A DNA stretch of 40,040 nt from a virus: positions 1 to 40,040 of the IMG/VR virus record IMGVR_UViG_3300035649_000033; one strand, given 5' to 3'. Each line of letters opens with the position of its first letter. Position 1 is the first letter of the stretch. Positions 35,101 through 40,040 of this stretch are shown piece after piece. The notes under the pieces are model-generated. The model made no database searches and was not told the origin of the DNA. It was given only the letters and a program-made list of their open reading frames with translations. A program made the translations under genes and the position numbers.

Positions 35101-36879
35101 GCCGATGTTATCCGCGATCAGATGACGATCTTCAAAAACAAAACCCTGGAACGCTTGCGAAAGAAAAACTTTGAGCTTATGGAACTGGAAGATGGTTGGT
35201 TCCTGAAAAATCACTATCAGGCTGCTTTGGCGCAGTATCTGCAGGCAAATAAAGTAAATCTTTCCGAGATCAGCGAAGAGCAGCTGAATAAAGCCCGAGC
35301 CTATGCGGTAGAGCAGGCACAAAAGGCGACGTTCCGTGACACCTCGCCAGTGGCCACTGCAATTCAAAGAGCATCCGATGCCAACAAAGTCTTAAGCTTG
35401 ATTGCAGAAGGCGTGCTTCCTTTCAAGAAAACGCCGATCAATGTTTTAAAACGCGGCGTGGAATACAGCCCTGCCGGCCTTTTATATACCCTGAGCCGTG
35501 GAAGCATGCAGTTAAAACGCGGAGAAATTACCGCATCACAGTACATTGATGGCTTAGCTTCTGGGCTGACTGGTACAGGCCTTACAGCGCTTGGCGCGCT
35601 TCTCTATAGTTTAGGCTGGGTATCCGGCGGTTTCAGCGACGACAAGGAGGACGAATTTGCCAAGCTGCAGGGGCGACAGGAGTATGCCATACGCATCGGA
35701 GATAAGACCTACACCATCGACTGGATGGCTCCGGCTGCAATTCCGTTTTTTATCGGAGTAGAGTTGATGGCGGCTCTCAAAGGCGAGTATGATGATGTTC
35801 CATCCCGTGCGATTATTGATGCGCTCACCAATATCGCAGAACCCATGTTTAACCTCTCCATGCTGGACGGGCTGAACAATACGATCAATACAGTTTCCTT
35901 CTCAGATAATAAGCTAACTGCGATGATGCAAGAAGTCCTGACCAGCTACTTTATGCAGGCAATTCCATCAGTATCTGGGCAGGTGGCGCGCACAGCCGAT
36001 AAAACACGCAGACGGACATATATTGATAAAAATAGTTGGATTCCCGAATCCGTGCAGCGTGCTTACCAAAAGCTTTTCAACAAGATCCCCGGCCTTTCCT
36101 TCCTGAACCAGCCCTACATTGACGAATGGGGCCGAGAGGATACGACACAGAATATTGTGGTAAGGGCTTTTGAAAACTTCCTATCTCCCGGCTGGTTCTC
36201 CGAAATCAAAACATCCGATATGGAGCAGGAACTCCAACGGCTGTACGAAACCACCGGAGAAAACGGTGTGCTGCCGGGCTATGCGGCGAAGTACATCACC
36301 GTCAATGGCGAGAAAATCAACCTCACTGGCGACGAATACACGCTCTTTGCCTCTACGCGCGGCATGACTGCCTACAGTATTATCAGCGAGATTGTGAGCT
36401 CAGAGGAATATGCCAATATGAGCGACGGCCAGAAAGTAAAGGCAATCAAGGACGCCTTTGAATTTGCTGGTGCTGCTGCGAAGGCCGCTGTATCCGACTA
36501 CGAACTTGACGGATGGCAGCAGGACGCGAACGAGGAAAATCAGAAGGAAGGAACCTCCATCGGCGAAATCATAGCCCACCGAGCGGCGACGAATGGCGCG
36601 GTACCAGAAATTGCTTCCATCCTTCAGAAAGAAGGGGCGGAGGCCGCCCAGGAGAAACTCGACCGTATGATGAAGGCTTGCGTTTCAAGGGACGAGATGA
36701 AGGATCAGAAAGGCAATGTGAAATCAGCGATCACCAGAGCATATAAGAAGCAATACATAAAATACCACGATGCGGGAGATGCAGAAGGAATGCGAAAGAT
36801 CCGGCAAGAGATGATGCAGTTGCGCACGCCGGTTGGGAAGCTATATACGATGAAGGACTTCCGCAATTGGATCAATTAA
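29170..36879 (+). CDS. Giant (2569 aa) polyvalent-type virion protein with zincin-like HExxH domain and hydrophobic segments
   Basis: Uninterrupted ORF after SD aaaggagg. MLHEIQHIIQ at 33436..33450. Gly-zipper/TM-like stretches near 30060..30600 and 35550..35790. Confidence 0.8.
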   Translation: MSIKKIKNYFDPRENLILNREDKDEDELTFEDAHNIGVQRMKAERSGGKAATSSSASRPAAQTAGMQATGMGLMTELQKNNLSFDDARQLGMRNHALDYQRKIRERALKMREELKNQKSPYEELSKEDKGSLARLYSLQNQLKTFATYNQTNPQGGNPMLQTQNPYNSDIQQEYNKLYADLNKKGYDVTELMRHYERIKNGEAAESIKGYLAEKTADHPALMSAASVGLNLATLQNSFPKAVKDAIYDKVYGTDLSVDTNAPEFFGTYATSAVRQKASEDIVEKTREKYGNGAAWAANLLYGTGMSMADSLTANALGGFTPIGGVIQGINAANSSLIDASERGVSVGKTLLTAAASGVFEGLFENVSLGSLKVMQPETTSTLKAVGKNILKQMGVEGSEEAATEIANIAFDSLVNGDKSNMALKRAAYVNQGMSKAEATSQVIWDAVKQAAEAGLGGALSGVGFGGGAALMNYAAYNGQLHQIGAEALQSSQFNARLQNALQFEPNSSIGMLAAQMANRDNVSNREAGRFVTKYDHAAVEAIEGAQNEQEAREAYARFAGSEEAADDTAYLAGTLNERLRELALQKTDEERAADRDNEASKIEKAAPHAAQEEAARASSMANASNDYVGREGTAQRIDTTAAESAPRTATGRYVRRDGTAWRTGAGTSLATGTAAEEAGGRYSSMAPAKLANTGEEVAVTDVASTDGGVTVKLSDGRTAKLDELQFDSNEERALYSMAKQFPTDKAKSFVNNYDGKVELETYTQAFNVLYDAGYQGKVSLEKAMQKFSDLPKSIRSWLQFLYLAGQNRAAVDAQTNKTDLSVQKETGSFVNELSPGSELEESLKVLYEGVAAKTGQDVVLRDQIEHDANGAFNRALSQIVISDQADNKVATLIHETAEYVREYNPKGMLDLQETMLSWYAKSCDFESLADMVEHYRDLYASSLGDESAQDAMGEMYNDALSALFTDEEGVKDLLNWLKTDSGKTVEQQKSFLQTVVDLFDRLIEKITGYFKEHSLPDGAKGFERMGLDQMKAIRQQFLEAIDQAKENYDAATQQTSDGFAEVETAGKDKQEISVKMENGEEVKAERIDRSDAKYALNPDFEQQYDQWDKKDPRWRFKVGTTSEALKSIGIPDKKIIWDSGKIIKIKAKHSGMTDSVIKQVPHILESPVIIMRSKQSDSRITMFGEVYDRNEKPVLGVIELHPTRNGIAMDEFKVASAYGKDNAQRFISSSEILYVEPNKNRTHTWLRRTGLQLPVGLNQYGPIGRIARADENVNSEASTDSSIRNGEQNDASGEDVKYMFAGEKAKTANLSALERAKKEKESELQPGEMIRRSTGWHQGADGKWRFEIDDSKARLGDENSHKLGNFLIHEELYEAYPELRDVKVAALPESTPLNRRGKYNSKENTIQYNPNLSTKEQMKVMLHEIQHIIQRTEGFGRGGSVEFSKRYLFNRAYDYAKALPSYQNMQTPEQREQFVIDLIAAQSRSGDLEGAAEGAYRNLFGEIEARNTANRQPLDHRGRKLSSPANPKGSIAVTDWRAENERYRKNMEEIEGAIASSQQTPYNQDKGGNLYDEERSLRSADGRFVGGRDAIRRELQTSSDERDGVDGNDERILQTGKRSNEQPGSGAGRIYDGEQGADGLGRGDKNILRPEIDQSHLQLKDPAEGTPEYAEMLSKWGAIKPGHSPFRHIEVPKKTSRTKNVRQFVRTVLESNAISDDMVTDIQESVVNEAMSYMPISDKQAQETAKKLLKSGMDKAWRRWNAIVDGDSMPQKSDIALGEYLLRTAAENGDKAEVVRLTAEIAEFGTRAGQNVQALSMLKKMSGVGQLVYVQRTVETINKDLLRQFKGKAFGEVTINEKLAENLANAKTPEEADAAAMEIYKDVADQLPPTWIDKWNAWRYLSMLGNPKTHIRNILGNAVFAPAARLKDAIGAGIEVAAIKDGERTKAVAPKQEYKEFAKKDFEQMQDIIKSGGKMNPADVIRDQMTIFKNKTLERLRKKNFELMELEDGWFLKNHYQAALAQYLQANKVNLSEISEEQLNKARAYAVEQAQKATFRDTSPVATAIQRASDANKVLSLIAEGVLPFKKTPINVLKRGVEYSPAGLLYTLSRGSMQLKRGEITASQYIDGLASGLTGTGLTALGALLYSLGWVSGGFSDDKEDEFAKLQGRQEYAIRIGDKTYTIDWMAPAAIPFFIGVELMAALKGEYDDVPSRAIIDALTNIAEPMFNLSMLDGLNNTINTVSFSDNKLTAMMQEVLTSYFMQAIPSVSGQVARTADKTRRRTYIDKNSWIPESVQRAYQKLFNKIPGLSFLNQPYIDEWGREDTTQNIVVRAFENFLSPGWFSEIKTSDMEQELQRLYETTGENGVLPGYAAKYITVNGEKINLTGDEYTLFASTRGMTAYSIISEIVSSEEYANMSDGQKVKAIKDAFEFAGAAAKAAVSDYELDGWQQDANEENQKEGTSIGEIIAHRAATNGAVPEIASILQKEGAEAAQEKLDRMMKACVSRDEMKDQKGNVKSAITRAYKKQYIKYHDAGDAEGMRKIRQEMMQLRTPVGKLYTMKDFRNWIN
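33881..34126 (+). CDS. 81-aa acidic, Met-rich protein embedded in the +1 frame of the giant gene
   Basis: SD aaaggagg lies 8 nt before ATG 33881. GC3 is 67% in this frame against 22% in the giant frame over the same nt. Confidence 0.5.
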   Translation: MTKKEVYEALMDDLLGDGMQYDENYKHPPMSGMEWMEMTREFFKLEKEVMNNPEAAQEEFTTENKALMDWVEEIKIFYDLK

Positions 36880-36891
36880 AAATTAAAGCGC

Positions 36892-36923
36892 AAAGTGGGG
36901 GGAGAAATCCCCTCACTTTTGTT
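36892..36923 (+). terminator. Rho-independent terminator after the giant gene
   Basis: aaagtgggggga / tcccctcacttt: 12-bp stem with one G-U pair, loop gaaa, then T-rich tail. Confidence 0.65.
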
Positions 36924-36954
36924 ATGCTCAAAAATAGATAGAGAGGTGGTCAAA

Positions 36955-38565
36955 TTGCAGGAAATCAGGCACCAGTTTGCGTTAGACATTAAAAGAGACG
37001 GCATACAAAAAATCGTGCACATGCGGCAGGGCGATATCCAATCGCAGCGGATTGTTGTGCAATTTTTCTCCGGCGCGTTGGCCTATGATATGGCAGGTGT
37101 TGCCTCTGCTACCCTTCGCGCAAAAAAACCGGACGGGAACATCCTATTCAACAGCTGCACAGTGACAGATCTAGGCGTGGAATACTTGGTGACGTCGCAA
37201 ACGATTGCCGCCGTGGGTGATGTGGAATGTTTGATAACGTTTTACGGCCTATCCGGAGAAGTGCTCGGCACACCGCGCTTTCTGATTGAGGTGGAAGAAA
37301 AGATTTATGCCGATTCAGAAGTGGAATCCACCAATGAATTTACCGCCTTGCAAACCGCTATGGTTGACAAAGCTGAGATCGAAGGATATGAGCAAAGCGC
37401 GGCGACGTCGAGCACCGATGCGGCAACCAGCGCAGCGGCGGCCCAGAAATCCGAAACCCAAGCAGCCGCAGCGCTACAGGAGCTGAAAGATAGGATTGCG
37501 GCCGGGGACTTTAAGGGCGAAAAGGGAGAGACCGGCGCCATAGGGCCGCAGGGAGAAAAAGGTGAGAAGGGAGATACGGGACCACAGGGGGAAATGGGGC
37601 CCCAAGGGGAAAAAGGAGAGCCAGGGGGCATCGGGCCGCGAGGGCCGAAGGGCGAGCAAGGCGACACGGGCGATACCGGACCGCAGGGGCTAAGAGGGCC
37701 ACAGGGGGAAAAAGGCAACACGGGGGACACCGGGCCGAAGGGAGAACAGGGCCCGCACGGCGAGCAAGGCCCTCAAGGCGAGCGGGGACCCGCTGGCCCG
37801 CAAGGAGAAACAGGTCCGCAAGGACCGAAGGGCGAGGATGGAACCAGTTTCACTCTGCTGGGCCTATATGCAACGATTGAGGATTTGCAGGCAGCACACC
37901 CGATCGGCAGTGCAGGAGATGCATGGGCGATCGGTACGCAGGCGGAAAACGTTGTATACCTATGGGACACGGAGAAGAACGCATGGGCCAATATTGGCGG
38001 GATCAAGGGGCCCAAAGGAGACACGGGGGACACTGGCCCCCAAGGAGAACAAGGCCCTGTCGGCACCCAAGGCGAGAAGGGAGATACCGGGCCACAGGGG
38101 CCAGCTGGCGAGAAAGGTGATCCCGGAAAACAAGGACCAGCAGGCCCGCAGGGGAATCAGGGAGAGCCCGGCGCAACCGGCGCACAGGGGCCGGCCGGCA
38201 CAGATGGGTATACACCCATAAAAGGCGTGGATTATTGGACGTCAGCGGATATTGAAGAGATCAATGCATACACAACGAGCCTTCTGACAAACAAACAGGA
38301 CAAACCGTCGCAGATCAACGCAGGCACAACAATCACGCTGGCCGACAATACAGAATATCGTCTGAGCAATGTGTCCTCGCTGACAATCTTCTATCCCACA
38401 GGCAATTTTGAGTGCTGGCTGTCTATCACCACAGCCGCATCCGGCGCGATCACGATTACGCTGCCGGATTCCTCATATGCCAGTTCTGCGCCCACATTTA
38501 CGAACAGCGACACATGGGAAGTATCAATCAAGGACGGTACCGTAATTGCGGTCAAGGTGGTATGA
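36955..38565 (+). CDS. Tail fibre: BppU-like N-terminal domain plus two collagen-like G-X-Y blocks
   Basis: TTG 36955 follows SD gagaggtgg; the track start 36895 lies inside the terminator. LDIKRDG...VHMRQGD...ATLRAKKPDG. G-X-Y runs at about 37504..37843 and 37996..38208. Confidence 0.8.
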   Translation: MQEIRHQFALDIKRDGIQKIVHMRQGDIQSQRIVVQFFSGALAYDMAGVASATLRAKKPDGNILFNSCTVTDLGVEYLVTSQTIAAVGDVECLITFYGLSGEVLGTPRFLIEVEEKIYADSEVESTNEFTALQTAMVDKAEIEGYEQSAATSSTDAATSAAAAQKSETQAAAALQELKDRIAAGDFKGEKGETGAIGPQGEKGEKGDTGPQGEMGPQGEKGEPGGIGPRGPKGEQGDTGDTGPQGLRGPQGEKGNTGDTGPKGEQGPHGEQGPQGERGPAGPQGETGPQGPKGEDGTSFTLLGLYATIEDLQAAHPIGSAGDAWAIGTQAENVVYLWDTEKNAWANIGGIKGPKGDTGDTGPQGEQGPVGTQGEKGDTGPQGPAGEKGDPGKQGPAGPQGNQGEPGATGAQGPAGTDGYTPIKGVDYWTSADIEEINAYTTSLLTNKQDKPSQINAGTTITLADNTEYRLSNVSSLTIFYPTGNFECWLSITTAASGAITITLPDSSYASSAPTFTNSDTWEVSIKDGTVIAVKVV

Positions 38566-38568
38566 AGT

Positions 38569-39123
38569 ATGAAAAGAAGACGTTACATGATGACTGCCCT
38601 CGGACATAGCAATCCGCCACCGGAATTGACGCCTGTTACGGTTGCCTACATTGATTTTACCCAAGAATCAGGCGCAGTGAGCGGGGGAGACATTATTAAC
38701 GGGGGGCTATATCGCATTGAGATGCAACAAGACAGTTTGTGGTTAAAAGTACCTGATATTAGCGGCGGTCCACCATGCTTGCTCCGTCTCCTGTCCCGTA
38801 TCCGGTGCGAAAATGAAGGGATTTATATTCCAACTCCCAATGCTGGACCGTATCAGGCAACATTGACGCGAATAGGTAACCCGGCAAATGCCAGATTGCA
38901 GCAGGAGGTTACAGCAACATTATACAATCCGGAGGGCGAGGCATTTGCAACGGCTACCGCATATGATACGCGCTTAGATACAGACGGGGAGTATACGTTA
39001 GCAATACCGGGTCTGGAGGTACAATATCCCGAAGTAACTTTGGAAATATATATGCATCTAGTGGAGGGAGCAAGTAGTAATACGACAAAGATTCGAACTT
39101 GCACACTTGATTATTTAACCTGA
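38569..39123 (+). CDS. Hypothetical tail-fibre-associated protein
   Basis: SD aaggtgg; follows the fibre gene. Confidence 0.55.
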   Translation: MKRRRYMMTALGHSNPPPELTPVTVAYIDFTQESGAVSGGDIINGGLYRIEMQQDSLWLKVPDISGGPPCLLRLLSRIRCENEGIYIPTPNAGPYQATLTRIGNPANARLQQEVTATLYNPEGEAFATATAYDTRLDTDGEYTLAIPGLEVQYPEVTLEIYMHLVEGASSNTTKIRTCTLDYLT

Positions 39124-39145
39124 CCAGGAATTTTTAGGAGGCGAA

Positions 39146-39415
39146 ATGGTGTACGCAAAATTAAGATTGGGCGGCCTGGAGTTGGCCCCCAACCCGTTAA
39201 AAACAGAGCGTGGAGATGTTTTCACAAACGACCCAGAGATTTTTGCGGCGAATGGATATAAGCCAGTTACGTTTTGCCCATACCCTGAAGACGGAAAATA
39301 TTATGAATCCGTATGGTATGAGACGGATGAGGCGATCATGCAGGCGTGGAAGGAAAAAGAGCCGCCTCCCGCAACTGCACGCGACCTGTTGAACATTATA
39401 ACGGGGGGTGCATGA
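39146..39415 (+). CDS. Hypothetical small protein
   Basis: SD aggagg. Confidence 0.55.
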   Translation: MVYAKLRLGGLELAPNPLKTERGDVFTNDPEIFAANGYKPVTFCPYPEDGKYYESVWYETDEAIMQAWKEKEPPPATARDLLNIITGGA

Positions 39416-39416
39416 C

Positions 39417-39851
39417 ATGGTTACAACAGTGGAAGAGGCACGCATATTCCGAGCCAAAATCGAAGCCTCAGCTATGCATCTGCCAGATGCAGAAGCATTG
39501 AAATGCATGGAACTGTTCCCGCAGTGGACAGGTAACCAGGGTTATCAATCCGGAGCTCTCTGTCGGTATCAGGGCATGCTGTATCGTTGCTACAACCCGA
39601 TTGCTGCGAATCCTACATGGACACCCGACGTTACTTCAGCGCATTGGGAGGTAGTGCGGCCAGATCGGGCCGGCACAAAGGATGATCCAATTACCGCAGC
39701 CGAAGGGATGCGGTATTACAGAGGATTTTATTATATGGATGGAGAAGGGCTGTATTTGTGTACCCGGGACGATACAAACGGTGCAGGGACAGTTTTGCAA
39801 TACCTGCCTTCCCAGCTCTCAGGTATCTATTTTGAAGCGGTGGAAGCATGA
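39417..39851 (+). CDS. Small protein with carbohydrate-binding-module-like (CBM5/12-like) Trp/Tyr motif
   Basis: YQSGALCRYQGMLYRCYNPIAANPTWTPDVTSAHWEVV. ATG 39417 is in frame; the track start is GTG 39408. Confidence 0.5.
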   Translation: MVTTVEEARIFRAKIEASAMHLPDAEALKCMELFPQWTGNQGYQSGALCRYQGMLYRCYNPIAANPTWTPDVTSAHWEVVRPDRAGTKDDPITAAEGMRYYRGFYYMDGEGLYLCTRDDTNGAGTVLQYLPSQLSGIYFEAVEA

Positions 39852-39942
39852 GTTTCTTTTTTGCTGCGGCCGTTATTCTTCATATTCTAGTCATTTCCTT
39901 ATTGTAATGGCCGGAAATATATAAAAACGAGGAGAATGATCA

Positions 39943-40040
39943 TGTCAAACAAAACAAACACAGGGCTTGTAAACTACGCCAAGGTGCAGGTTGGGAATCC
40001 ATATTGGTACGGGACCTTTGGTCAGACAGCGACGGAAAGT
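39943..40040. repeat. Terminal overlap copy 2 (restarts the endolysin gene)
   Basis: Identical to 1..98. Preceded by SD gaggag at about 39931. Confidence 0.95.

Larger units (their letters stand above)
1..39942 (+). mobile_element. Complete temperate phage genome (circular or circularly permuted unit)
   Basis: Full set of lysis, integration, immunity, replication, packaging, head and tail genes. The first 98 nt recur at the window end. Confidence 0.9.

Noticed and set aside
36895-36954. N-terminal extension of the fibre ORF (MGGEIPSLLLCSKIDREVVK)
   Set aside because: It begins inside the terminator hairpin of the giant gene. A TTG with a good SD at 36955 gives a sensible BppU-like N-terminus.
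37504-38208. Periodic 9-nt repeats that might suggest a CRISPR or tandem-repeat array
   Set aside because: The periodicity is G-X-Y collagen coding within one long ORF. There is no repeat-spacer architecture and there are no cas genes.

Overview
The window is one complete temperate phage genome, written out as a circle. The first 98 nt (1..98) recur exactly at 39943..40040, so the unique unit is about 39,942 bp. Nearly all genes are on the + strand and carry strong Shine-Dalgarno sites. Many are chained by ATGA/GTGA/TAATG stop-start overlaps, which fits a Firmicutes/Clostridia-type host.

Gene order:
- Lysis cassette (NlpC/P60 endolysin, membrane coiled-coil protein, tiny TM peptide, holin fusion).
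- attP-like region with a tRNA 3' fragment, flanked by 30-bp direct repeats.
- AT-rich lysogeny island on mixed strands (tyrosine integrase, multi-TM protein, XRE pair, CI-like/Cro-like switch with back-to-back promoters, YHYH-motif membrane protein).
- GC-rich chain of small early genes.
- Hairpin cluster followed by an HUH Rep-like gene.
- DNA-modification block (VRR-NUC, PP-loop/PAPS-reductase-like, SNF2 helicase-MTase fusion, C5-MTase, MazG-like).
- Packaging and head genes (TerS, TerL, portal, phage Prp protease, scaffold, N4-gp56-type capsid).
- Tail/adsorption module with no recognisable tail tube or classical tape measure. It includes a 2569-aa polyvalent-type giant protein, a LysM protein, a DUF859/knob receptor-binding protein and a BppU-collagen fibre.

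The two strongest hunt results are SD-preceded ORFs embedded in the +1 frame of larger genes:
- A 216-codon ORF inside the C5-methyltransferase gene (14363..15013).
- An 81-codon acidic ORF inside the giant gene (33881..34126).

In both, my hand counts show the genome-typical GC3 codon signature moving from the host frame to the embedded frame. All family assignments rest on motif recognition by eye; no database search was possible.
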